From NCBI RefSeq assembly GCF_964213995.1, contig NW_027592658.1, forward strand, positions 1-44,021: a DNA stretch of 44,021 bases. Direction: 5' to 3'. The DNA comes from Mustelus asterias. Taxonomy: Eukaryota. The number at the start of each line of letters is the position of its first letter. Position 1 is the stretch's first letter. A program made the position numbers and the translations under genes. This document shows, in pieces, positions 11,441-22,615 of the stretch. A model generated the notes under the pieces. The model was not told where the DNA came from and did no database searches. It worked only from the letters and a program-made list of their open reading frames with translations.

Positions 11441-12276
11441 CTGAAACACGAACTGAAACAGATTATTTAATTTGTGATGAGATTTCCCAATGTGTGACAA
11501 GGGGTGGAATTTTCCCATCTCGCCCAACACGGAAATCGTAGCGAATGGGACAGGACTGTGCAAAGGTCCAGTGACCACGGGCGGGAGGTTCCAGTCTCTG
11601 GGTGGGATTTTCCAGTCACACACATCCAATCAGTGCAACAGGAACATATGGTGCTGATGGCCATGAAACCATTGTCAGAAAAACCCATCTGGTTCACTAA
11701 TGTCCTTTGGGGAAGGAAATCTGCCGTCCTTACCCGGTCTGGCCTACATGTGACTCCAGAGCCACAGCAATGTGGGTGACTCTCAACTCCCCTCCAAGGG
11801 ACAACCAGGGATGGGCAATAAATGCTGGGCCCAGCCAGCGACACCCGTGTCCCAGGAATGGATAAAGGAAAAACGTGGAGTCCTTGAATGATTTGGGAAG
11901 AGCTTATTTCACTATCATTCATCTCATAAAATATCTCACGCTGCCCAGTGAAATCACAAGCATGAAACAATCCAGTTTATTCCTTATTTTGAATACATTT
12001 ACGCAAGGTTTGCAAAGCTCCGTTACGTAGTCCACAATCTCACAATATTACACCAACAATTGATCAAACTTGATTAAATTCAGCATTACTTTCTGACAAT
12101 AGAATTATCCAGAAACTACACCCAGGTGAAAGCACTCGATCAAACTCCACATAAGCTGAACCTGGAGTCAAAGAGGGAAAAGTACTGATTGTAATCGAAT
12201 CCATGGAAATTTAAACTGTTGCAAAAGCATTTCAGAGATGGTCAGTGCTTGTCGTTAATATTACTTGTTAGAACCT

Positions 12277-13378
12277 AACACTCCCAGGGTTAGATACAGA
12301 GTAAAGTTCCCTCTACACTGTCCCCATCAAACACTCCCAGGACAGGTACAGCACGGGGTTAGATACAGAGTAAAGCTCCCTCTACACTGTCCCCATCAAA
12401 CACTCCCAGGACAGGTACAGCACGGGGTTAGATACAGAGTAAAGCTCCCTCTACACTGTCCCCCATCAAACACTCCCAGGACAGGTACAGCACGGGGTTA
12501 GGTACAGAGTAAAGCTCCTTCTACACTGTCCCCCATCAAACACTCCCAGGACAGGTACAGCACGGGGTTAGGTACAGAGTAAAGCTCCTTCTACACTGTC
12601 CCCATCAAACACTCCCAGGACAGGTACAGCACGGAGTTAGATACAGAGTAAAGCTCCCTCTACACTGTCCCCCATCAAACACTCCCAGGACAGGTACAGC
12701 ACGGGGTTAGATACAGAGTAAAGCTCCCTCTACACTGTCCCCATCAAACACTCCCAGGACAGGTACAGCACGGGGTTAGATACAGAGTGAAGCTCCCTCT
12801 ACACTGTCCCCATCAAACACTCCCAGGACAGGTACAGCACGGGGTTAGATACAGAGTAAAGCTCCCTCTACACTGTCCCCCATCAAACACTCCCAGGACA
12901 GGTACAGCACGGGGTTAGATACAGAGTAAAGCTCCCTCTACACTGTCCCCCATCAAACACTCCCAGGACAGGTACAGCACGGGGTTAGGTACAGAGTAAA
13001 GCTCCTTCTACACTGTCCCCCATCAAACACTCCCAGGACAGGTACAGCACGGGGTTAGGTACAGAGTAAAGCTCCTTCTACACTGTCCCCATCAAACACT
13101 CCCAGGACAGGTACAGCACGGAGTTAGATACAGAGTAAAGCTCCCTCTACACTGTCCCCCATCAAACACTCCCAGGACAGGTACAGCACGGGGTTAGGTA
13201 CAGAGTAATGCTCCCTCTACACTGTCCCCATCAAACACTCCCAGGACAGGTACAGCACGGGGTTAGGTACAGAGTAAAGCTCCCTCTACACCGTCCCCCA
13301 TCAAACACTCCCAGGGCAGGTACAGCACGGGGTTAGGTACAGAGTAATGCTCCCTCTACACTGTCCTCATCAAACACT
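12277..13378. repeat. 69-bp satellite, left part of second array
   Basis: Same unit and orientation as 1-3469. Confidence 0.97.
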
Positions 13379-13429
13379 AAGAGTTTTAACACCAGGTTAA
13401 AGTCCAACAGGTTTATTTGGTAGCAAATA

Positions 13430-13466
13430 CCATTAGCTTTCAGAGCGCTGCTCCTTCGTCAGATAG
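13430..13466 (-). ncRNA. Minimal type I hammerhead ribozyme motif (inverted pLTR copy)
   Basis: Minus strand: cuau CUGACGA aggagc agc gcucu GAA AGCU A augg. Confidence 0.62.
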
Positions 13467-13706
13467 AGTGGAAATCTGCTCTCAAACAGGGCAGAGAGAC
13501 ACAAAATCAAGTTACAGAATACTGATTAGAATGCGAATCCCTACAACCAACCAGATCTTAAAGATATAGACAATGTGGGTGGGGGGAGCATTAAGCACAG
13601 GTTAAGGAGATGTGTATTGTCTCCAGACAGGATAGCCCGCAAGTCCAGGAGGCAAGCTGTGGGGGTTACTGATAATGTGACATAAATCCAACAATACTGC
13701 AAAGAA

Positions 13707-15446
13707 GTGTACCGACAACTGAACAACGTGGAACACTACAGACAGTTACCCACAGGTCTGACCAAAGAACACACCCGTCAACTCAACACTCTGATCAAGA
13801 CCTTTGATCCGGACCTTCAGAACACCCTCCGTGCTCTCATCCCACGTACTCCCCGCGTTGGAGATCTCTACTGCCTCCCGAAGATACACAAGGCAAACAC
13901 ACCCGGCCGTCCCATCGTATCGGGCAATGGGACCCTGTGCGAGAACCTCTCCGGCTATGTCGAGGGCATCCTGAAACCCATTGTACAAAGAACCCCCAGC
14001 TTTTGTCGCGACACGACGGACTTCCTACAGAAACTCAGCGCACATGGAGCAGTTGAACCAGGAGCGCTCCTCGTCACAATGGATGTCTCGGCACTCTACA
14101 CCAGCATCCCCCACGATGATGGCATTGCTGCAACGGCCTCAGTACTCAACGCCGACAACTGCCAGTTTCCAGATGCAATTTTACATCTCATCCGCTTCAT
14201 CCTGGACCACAATATCTTCACCTTCAACAACCAGTTCTTCATCCAGACACACGGAACAGCCATGGGGACAAAATCCGCACCTCAATATGCCAACATCTTC
14301 ATGCACAGGTTCGAACAAGACTTCTTCACCGCACAGGACCTTCAACCGATGCTATACACTAGATACATCGATGACATTTTCTTCCTTTGGACTCATGGTG
14401 AACAATCACTGAAACAACTCTATGATGACATCAACAAGTTCCATCCCACCATCAGACTCACCATGGACTACTCTCCGGAATCGGTTGCATTCTTGGACAC
14501 ACGCATCTCCATTAAGGACGGTCACCTCAGCACCTCACTGTACCACAAGCCCACGGATAACCTCATGATGCTCCACTTCTCCAGCTTCCACCCTAAACAC
14601 GTTAAAGAAGCCATCCCCTACGGACAAGCCCTCCGTATACACAGGATCTGCTCGGATGAGGAGGATCGCAACAGACACCTCCAGACGCTGAAAGATGCCC
14701 TCATAAGAACAGGATATGGCGCTAGACTCATTGATCAACAGTTCCAACGCGCCACAGCGAAAAACCGCACCGACCTCCTCAGAAGACAAACACGGGACAC
14801 GGTGGACAGAGTACCCTTTGTCGTCCAGTACTTCCCCAGAGCGGAGAAGCTACGGCATCTCCTCCGGAGCCTTCAACATGTCATTGATGAAGACGAACAT
14901 CTCGCCAAGGCCATCCCCACACCTCCACTTCTTGCCTTCAAACAACCGCACAACCTCAAACAGACCATTGGCCGCAGCAAACTACCCAGCCTTCAGGAGA
15001 ACAGTGACCAAGACACCACACAACCCTGCCACAGCAACCTCTGCAAGACGTGCCGGATCATCGACACGGATGCCATCATCTCACGTGAGAACACCATCTA
15101 CCAGGTACACGGTACCTACTCTTGCAACTCGGCCAATGTTGTCTACCTGATACGCTGCAGGAATGGATGTCCCGAGGCATGGTACGTTGGGGAAACTATG
15201 CAGACGCTACGACAACGGATGAATGAACACCGCTCGACAATCACAAGGCAAGACTGTTCTCTTCCTGTGGGGGAGCACTTCAGCGGTCACGGGCATTCAG
15301 CCTTGGATCTTCAGGTAAGCGTTCTCCAAGGCGGCCTTCACGACACACGACAGCGCAGAGTCGCTGAGCAGAAACTGATAGCCAAGTTCCGCCCACATGA
15401 GGACGGCCTAAACCGGGATGTTGGATTTATGTCACATTATCAGTAA
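13707..15446 (+). CDS. Penelope RT/GIY-YIG endonuclease ORF (5'-truncated, uninterrupted)
   Basis: YCLPKIHK..PGRPIVS, TMDVSALYTSIP, QTHGTAMG, YTRYIDDIFF, Cys linker PCHSNLCKTC, NVVYLIRC...WYVGET, R..EH, GLN. Confidence 0.95.
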   Translation: MYRQLNNVEHYRQLPTGLTKEHTRQLNTLIKTFDPDLQNTLRALIPRTPRVGDLYCLPKIHKANTPGRPIVSGNGTLCENLSGYVEGILKPIVQRTPSFCRDTTDFLQKLSAHGAVEPGALLVTMDVSALYTSIPHDDGIAATASVLNADNCQFPDAILHLIRFILDHNIFTFNNQFFIQTHGTAMGTKSAPQYANIFMHRFEQDFFTAQDLQPMLYTRYIDDIFFLWTHGEQSLKQLYDDINKFHPTIRLTMDYSPESVAFLDTRISIKDGHLSTSLYHKPTDNLMMLHFSSFHPKHVKEAIPYGQALRIHRICSDEEDRNRHLQTLKDALIRTGYGARLIDQQFQRATAKNRTDLLRRQTRDTVDRVPFVVQYFPRAEKLRHLLRSLQHVIDEDEHLAKAIPTPPLLAFKQPHNLKQTIGRSKLPSLQENSDQDTTQPCHSNLCKTCRIIDTDAIISRENTIYQVHGTYSCNSANVVYLIRCRNGCPEAWYVGETMQTLRQRMNEHRSTITRQDCSLPVGEHFSGHGHSALDLQVSVLQGGLHDTRQRRVAEQKLIAKFRPHEDGLNRDVGFMSHYQ

Positions 15447-15645
15447 CCCCCACAGCTTGACTCCTGGACTTGCGGGTTATCCTGTCTGGAGACAATACAC
15501 ATCTCTTTAACCTGTGCTTAATGCTCCCTCCACCCACATTGTCTGCATCTTTAAGATCTGGTTGGCTGTAGGGATTCGCATTCTAATCAGTATTCTGTAA
15601 CTTGATTTTGTGTCTCTGTGCCCTGTTTGAGAGCAGATTTCCACT

Positions 15646-15682
15646 CCATCTGACGAAGGAGCAGCGCTCCGAAAGCTAATAG
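15646..15682 (+). ncRNA. Minimal type I hammerhead ribozyme motif (3' pLTR)
   Basis: ccau CUGACGA a ggagc agc gcucc GAA AGCU A auag: conserved core boxes, 5-bp stem II, palindromic AGCU stem III. Confidence 0.7.
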
Positions 15683-15775
15683 TATTTGCTACCAAATAAA
15701 CCTGTTGGACTTTAACCTGGTGTTAAAACTTTTACTGTGTTTGCCCCAGTCCAACGCCGGCATCTCCACATCATG

Positions 15776-16708
15776 CTCATCAAACACTCCCAGGACAGGT
15801 ACAGCACGGGGTTAGGTACAGAGTAGTGCTCCCTCTACACTGTCCCCATCAAACACTCCCAGGACAGGTACAGCACGGGGTTAGATACAGAGTAAAGCTC
15901 CCTCTACACTGTCCCCCATCAAACACTCCCAGGACAGGTACAGCACGGGGTTAGATATAGAGTAAAGCTCCCTCTACACTGTCCCCATCAAACACTCCCA
16001 GGACAGGTACAGCACGGGGTTAGATACAGAGTAAAGCCCCCTCTACACTGTCCCCATCAAACACTCCCAGAACAGGTACAGCGCGGGGTTAGATACAGAG
16101 TAAAGCTCCCTCTACACTGTCCCCATCAAACACTCCCAGGACAGGTACAGCACGGGGTTAGATACAGAGTAAAGCTCCCTCTATACTGTCCCCATCAAAC
16201 ACTCCCAGGACAGGTACAGCACGGGGTTAGATACAGAGTGAAGCTCCCTCTACACTGTCCCCATCAAACACTCCCAGGACAGGTACAGCACGGGGTTAGA
16301 TACAGAGTAAAGCTCCCTCTACACTGTCCCCATCAAACACTCCCAGGACAGGTACAGCACGGGGTTAGATACAGAGTGAAGCTCCCTCTACACTGTCCCC
16401 ATCAAACACTCCCAGGACAGGTACAGCACGGGGTTAGATACAGAGTAAAGCTCCCTCTACACTGTCCCCCATCAAACACTCCCAGTGCAGGTACAGCACG
16501 GGGTTAGATACAGAGTAAAGCTCCCTCTACACTGTCCCCATCAAACACTCCCAGGACAGGTACAGCACGGGGTTAGATACAGAGTAAAGCTCCCTCTACA
16601 CTGTCCCCCATCAAACACTCCCAGGACAGGTACAGCACGGGGTTAGATACAGAGTAAAGCTCCCTCTACACTGTCCCCCATCAAACTCTCCCAGGACAGG
16701 GACAGCAT
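15776..16708. repeat. 69-bp satellite, right part of second array
   Basis: The array resumes in phase after the Penelope insertion. Confidence 0.97.
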
Positions 16709-16966
16709 GTTTCTTCAGAAGAGACTCTTCAAAATGAAGCTAATGAAAATACAACAAAACTTTCTCCAACTTATAAACCAAAGAAAGGGTTTAATAAAGA
16801 AACATTATTACTCCAAACTTGGGGCCTTGCCCTGGGCCAATCCAAGCTCCCCACAATTCGACATAGTTCCTTATTTATAGTGAATCAGCTGGTCAGCTCG
16901 CTATTACATCACTCTGTGATTGGTTCACTGGGTCAGCTGACCCTTACATCTTGTTCCCATTTGTAT

Positions 16967-17405
16967 TAGCTTATGAGGAGAGATTGAGTAGATTGGGTCT
17001 GTACTCGTTGGAGTTTAGAAGGCTGAGGGGAGATCTTATAGAGACATATAAGATAATGAAGGGGCTCGACAGGGTAGAAGCAGAGAGATTCTTTCCACTT
17101 AGAAAGGAAACAAGAACTAGAGGACACAGCCTCAAAATCAGGGGAGTCAGTTTAGGACAGAGTTGAGGAGGAACTTCTTCTCTCAGAGGGTAGTGAATCT
17201 CTGGAATTCTCTGCCCAATGAAGCAGTGGAGGCTACCTCGTTAAATATGTTTAAGTCACAGGTAGATAGATTTCTGATCAAGAAGGGAATTAAGGGTTAT
17301 GGGGAGCGGGCGGGTCAGTGGAACTGAACCCACTGTCAGATCAGCCATGATTTTATTGAATGGCGGGGCAGGCTCGAGGGGCTGAATGGCCTCCTCCTGT
17401 TCCTG
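16967..17405 (+). mobile_element. CR1 LINE 3' fragment
   Basis: YEERLSRLGLYSLEFRRLRGDLIETYKIM; tail ggctcgaggggctgaatggcctcctcctgttcct. Confidence 0.92.
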
Positions 17406-18404
17406 TGTAACAGGCTCGAGAGAGAGAGGGGGTTGAATGGCCTCCTCCTGTTCCTGTGTAATAGGCTCGAGAGGGGCTGAATGGCCTCCCCCTGTTCCTG
17501 TGTAATAGGCTCGAGAGGGGCTGAATGGCCTCCTCCTGTTCCTGTGTAACAGGCTCGAGAGAGAGAGGGTCTGAATGGCCTCCTCCTGTTCCTGTGTAAT
17601 AGGCTCGAGAGAGAGAGGGGCTGAATGGCCTCCTCCTGTTCCTGTGTAACAGGCTCGAGAGAGAGAGGGGCTGAATGGCCTCCTCCTGTTCCTGTGTAAT
17701 AGGCGAGAGAGAGAGAGGGGCTGAATGGCCTCCTCCTGTTCCTGTGTAACAGGCTCGAGAGAGAGAGGGGCTGAATGGCCTCCTCCTGTTCCTGTGTAAT
17801 AGGCGAGAGAGAGAGAGGGTCTGAATGGCCTCCTCCTGTTCCTGTGTAATAGGCTCGAGAGAGAGAGGGGCTGAATGGCCTCCTCCTGTTCCTGTGTAAC
17901 AGGCTCGAGAGAGAGAGGGGCTGAATGGCCTCCTCCTGTTCCTGTGTAATAGGCTCGAGAGAGAGAGGGGCTGAATGGCCTCCTCCTGTTCCTGTGTAAT
18001 AGGCTCGAGAGAGAGAGAGGGGCTGAATGGCCTCCTCCTGTTCCTGTGTAATAGGCTCGAGAGAGAGAGGGGCTGAATGGCCTCCTCCTGTTCCTGTGTA
18101 ACAGGCTCGAGAGAGAGAGGGGCTGAATGGCCTCCTCCTGTTCCTGTGTAATAGGCTCGAGAGAGAGAGAGGGGCTGAATGGCCTCCTCCTGTTCCTGTG
18201 TAATAGGCTCGAGAGAGAGAGGGGCTGAATGGCCTCCTCCTGTTCCTGTGTAATAGGCTCGAGAGAGAGAGGGGCTGAATGGCCTCCTCCTGTTCCTGTG
18301 TAATAGGCTCGAGAGAGAGAGAGGGGCTGAATGGCCTCCTCCTGTTCCTGTGTAATAGGCTCGAGGGAGAGAGAGGGGCTGAATGGCCTCCTCCTGTTCC
18401 TGTG
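17378..18404. repeat. ~50-bp minisatellite with a variable (GA)n core, derived from the CR1 tail
   Basis: Unit aggctc(ga)nggggctgaatggcctcctcctgttcctgtgtaa[t/c], about 21 copies. Confidence 0.95.
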
Positions 18405-18405
18405 C

Positions 18406-19845
18406 ATTTTGATTTGATTTATTGTTGTCTCAGTATTAACATACAGTGAAAAGAATTGTTTCTTGCGCAGACAATCTATAGAACCTTAGTTAGGCCACAC
18501 TTGGAATATAGTGTTCAATTCTGGTCACCACATTACCAGAAGGATGTGGAGGCTTTGGAGAGGGTACAGAAAAGATTTACCAGGGTGTTGCCTGGTATGG
18601 AGGGCATTAGCTATGAGGAGAGGTTGGAGAAACTCGGTTTGTTCTCACTGGAGCGACGGAGGTTGAGGGGAGACCTGATAGAAGTCTACAAGATTATGAG
18701 AGGCATGGACAGAGTGGATAGTCAGAAACTTTTTCCCAGGGTGGAAGAGTCAATTACTAGGGGGCACAGGTTTAAGGTGCGAGGGGCAAGGTTTAAAGGA
18801 GATGTACGAGGCAGATTTTTTACACAGAGGGTGGTGGGTGCCTGGAACTCGCTGCCGGGGGAGGGAGTGGAAGCGGATACGATAGTGAGTTTTAAGGGGC
18901 ATCTTGACAAGTACATGAATAGGATGGGAATAGAGGGATATGGTCCCCGGAAGGGTAGGAGGTTTTAGTTCAGTCGGGCAGCATGGTCGGTGCAGGCTTG
19001 GAGGGCCGAAGGGCCTGTTCCTGTGCTGTAATTTTCTTTGTTCTTTGTTCTAAAGCATACCATTCATAGAGAAGCAAATGAGAGAGCAGAATGTAGTGTT
19101 ACAGTCATAGCTAGGGTGTAGAGAAAGATCAACTTAATGCGAGGTCGGTCCATTCAAAAGTCTGACAGCAGCAGGGAAGAAGCTGTTCTTGAGTCGGTCG
19201 GTGCGTGACCTCAGACTTTTGTATCTTTTTCCCGAAGGAAGAAGGTGGAAGAGAGAATGTCCGGGGTGTGTGGGGTCCTTGATTATGCTGGCTGCTTTGC
19301 CGAGGCAGCGGGAAGTGTAGACAGAGTCAATGGATGGGAGGCTGGTTTGAGTGATGGATTGGGCTACATTCACAATCTTTTGTAGTTCCTTGCGGTCTTG
19401 GGTAGAGCAGGAGCCCAGACCAAGCTGTGATACAACCAGAAAGAATGCTTTCTATGGAGCATCTGTAAAAGTTGGTGAGAGTCGTAACTGACATGCCAAA
19501 TTTCCTTAGTCTCCTGAGAAAGTAGAGGCGTTGATGGACTTTCTTAACTATAGTGTCGGCATGTGGGGGACCAGGACAGGTTGTTGGTGATGTGGATACT
19601 TAAAAACTTAAAGCTCTCGACCCTTTCTACTTCATCCCCGTTGATGTAGACAGGGGCATGTTCTCCTTTACGCTTCCTGAAGTCGATGACAATCTCCTTT
19701 GTTTTGTTGACATTGAGGGAGGGATTATTGTTGCCGCACCAGTTCACCAGATTCTCTATCTCATTCCTGTTCTCTGTCTCGACATTGTTTGAGATCCGAC
19801 CCACTATGGTGGTGTCGTCAGCAAACCTGTAAATCAAATTTGAGG
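18406..19845 (-). mobile_element. Rex1/Babar-type LINE fragment, interrupted by a CR1 in its 3' UTR
   Basis: RFADDTTIVGRISNN..., LNVNKTKEIVIDFRK, and LLPSGKRYKSLRSRTDRLKNSFFPAAVRLLN; the UTR matches 9652-9760 on both sides of the CR1. Confidence 0.88.
18475..19051 (+). mobile_element. CR1 LINE 3' fragment (nested)
   Basis: YRTLVRPHLEYSVQFWSPH...; tail ttctttgttctttgttct. Confidence 0.93.
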
Positions 19846-19863
19846 GGTACCTGGCCACACAGT

Positions 19864-20230
19864 CATAGGTGTAATAGGCTCAAGAGGGGCTGAATGGGCT
19901 TTCTCCTGTCCCTGTCTAACAAGGTTGAGAGGAGCTGAATGGAGTCTAACCTTGTCCCTGTGTAACAGACGCAATGGGAGCTGAATGGCCTCCTCCTGTT
20001 CCTGAGGAACAGGCTGGAGAGGGGCTGAATGAACCTCCATTGTTCCTGTGTAACGGCCTGGAGATGGGCTGAATGGCCTCCTCCTGTCCTGGTGTAACAG
20101 GCTTAAGAGAGGGGCTGAATGGCCTCCTCCTGTCCTGGTGTAACAGGCTTAAGAGAGGGGCTGAATGGCCTCCTCCTGTCCTGGTGTAACAGGCTTAAGA
20201 GAGGGGCTGAATGGCCTCCTCCTGTTCCTC
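19864..20230. repeat. Degenerate minisatellite related to 17378-18404
   Basis: Repeated gaggggctgaatggcctcctcctgt..tgtaacaggct units. Confidence 0.85.
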
Positions 20231-20825
20231 TTTAACCTCATTGTGAGTCCATTCAGGCCACTTCCCCAAAGGTCAGTTCCCGTACACCTGACAGGAACGG
20301 GATGGTTTAAAACGAGTGAACTCCAGGGCTGTGCTGTGAGCTGTAAACTGGTGTAAACAGCAACCCCGCAGAGATCAGACAGATTACAAAATANNNNNNN
20401 NNNNNNNNNNNNNNNNNNNNNNNNNNNNNNNNNNNNNNNNNNNNNNNNNNNNNNNNNNNNNNNNNNNNNNNNNNNNNNNNNNNNNNNNNNNNNNNNNNNN
20501 NNNNNNNNNNNNNNNNNNNNNNNNNNNNNNNNNNNNTGAGGAACTTGGTAAACATTGCTGGAATTAGGTTGCGTGTTTTATGTTCCCTGAAGCAATCAGT
20601 GTCACTCGATACTCGAGGTCTGATTCATCTCAAACAGGCAGAGCTGGAAACGCTTCGCTCTGTGAGACACGCCGGGGAAAGAGAAATCTAATCCATTGTC
20701 TCTGCCGGTGATGGCATTGCGCTGATAATAGAAACATAGACAATAGGCACAGGAGGAGGCCATTCAGCCCCTTCAGCCTGGCCCACCATTCAATATGATC
20801 ATGGCTGATCGCGCACTTTCAGTGA

Positions 20826-21665
20826 GTTTTGGCACAGAAATGGCAGGTGGAGTTTAATCCGAGCAAATGCGAGGTGATGCATTTTGGACGATCAAATGTA
20901 GGTGTGAATTATACTGTAAATGGCAGAACCCTTCGGAATATTAACATACAGAGGGATCTGGGCGTGCAGGTCCACAGTTCCCTAAAAATGGCAACACAGG
21001 TGGCCAAGGTGATTAAGAAGGCTATGGAATGCTTGCCTTCATCAGCCGGGGCATTGAGTACAAGAGTTGGGGAATCATGTTGCAGCTATATAAAACCTTG
21101 GTTAGGCCACATTTGGAGTATTGCGTGCAGTTCTGGTCACCACACTCCCAGGAGGATGTGGAAGCTTTGGAGAGAGTGTGAAGCAGGTTCACCAGGATGT
21201 TGCCGGGTCTCGAGGGTGTCGGCTGTGAGGAGAGGTTGGATAAACTGGGATTGTTTTCACTGGAAAGACGGAGGTTGAGGGGAGACCTGGTCTACAGAAT
21301 GATGAGAGGCACAGACAGGGTGGATAGTCAGAGGCTTCTCCCCCAGGGTGGAAGGGTCAGTTACAACGGGGCACAGGTTCAAGGTGAGAGGGGGGAAAGT
21401 TTAAGGGAGATGTGCGGGGGGAGTTTTTCACACAGAGAGCGGTGGGTGCCTGGAACGCGCTGCCAGAGGAGGTGGTGGAAGCAGGAACATTAACAACATT
21501 TAAGGGGCATCCGGATGGGTCCCTGGATAGGGAGGGAATCGAGGGATTCGGACCGAGTAAGGGCAGAAGATTTTCTTTCAGTTTAGTTCGGGCATCATGA
21601 TCAGCACGGGCTTGGAGGGGCCGAAGGGCCTGTTCCTGTGCTGGACTGTTCTTTGTTCTTTGTTC
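20826..21665 (+). mobile_element. CR1 LINE 3' fragment
   Basis: KWQVEFNPSKCEVMHFG ... LGLFSLERRRLRGDL, with frameshifts. Confidence 0.92.
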
Positions 21666-22125
21666 TATCCCACTCTCACTTTCTCTCCATTCCTCTCGAT
21701 CCCAGTAACCACAAGGGCCGTGTCCAGCTCCCTCTTGAACAGATCGAATGAACTGCCCAACAGCTTTCTGTGGGAGAGAATTCCACAGGTTCACAACTCT
21801 CTGAGTGAAGAAGTTCTTCATCATCTCAGTCCTGAATGCCTTACCCCTTATTCTTCGGCTGTGACCCCTAGTTCTGGACTTCCCCAACATCGGGAACATT
21901 CTTCCTCTAGTCTGTCCAGTTCCCATCAGGATTTTACATGTTTCAATGAGATCCCCTCTCTTCTCAATTCCAGTGAGTACAAGCTCAGTCGATCCAGTCT
22001 CTCTTCACATGTCAATCCTGCCATTCCAGGAATCAGTCTGGTGAACCTTCGCTGGACTCCCTCAATAGCAAGAATGTCCTTCCTCAGACTAGGAGGCCAA
22101 AACTGCTCACAGTGCGTAAGGTGCA
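21666..22125 (-). mobile_element. CR1 LINE 3' fragment
   Basis: QFWPPSLRKDILAIEGVQRRFTRLIPG ... FFTQRVVNLWNSLP. Confidence 0.9.
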
Positions 22126-22615
22126 GGATCCTCACTCACCCTGAAGCCGTAAAGTCCTGCCCAAGGTCAACAGAGATTTCCATGGTCCGCCCCTCGCCCG
22201 CTCCGACTCCCGCTCCGACTCCCGTGACTGGCCCTGTGTCACTGCAGCAAGACATCCATATCTGATAACCATTTCTCACTGCTCCAGACGGACACGCCGG
22301 GGGTTCCATTCCATTGGCATTGAGCCAGTCTCCAATTCTCCCTGGGGTGAGGGAGAGAATTCCACACACTGACCCCCCCCCCCCCCCCCCCCCCACCACC
22401 ACCACCGCCCCCCCCGACCTCAACCTCATCACTGTCCTCAATGGAAGAGAGATCCCCTTATTCTGAAACTTGCCCCCCGCTAAGTTCTGGATTCGCCCAC
22501 GAGGGGAAAGCTACTCTCGGCATCCACCCTGACAAGACCCCCCACCCCCCACTCCACCCCCCCAACACCCACCAAGCCCAGAAACATATGTTTCAATGAG
22601 ATCCTCTCTCCTGAA

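Larger units (their letters stand above)
13379..15775 (+). mobile_element. Penelope-like element (probably Neptune type) with an inverted pseudo-LTR
   Basis: RT + GIY-YIG ORF; 13379-13693 is the reverse complement of 15419-15733; flanked by the 13-bp duplication ctcatcaaacact (13366-13378 and 15776-15788). Confidence 0.95.

Noticed and set aside
17256-18407. 383-aa repetitive ORF
   Set aside because: Translation of a minisatellite with no stops in that frame; the same applies to ORFs 12265 and 16238.
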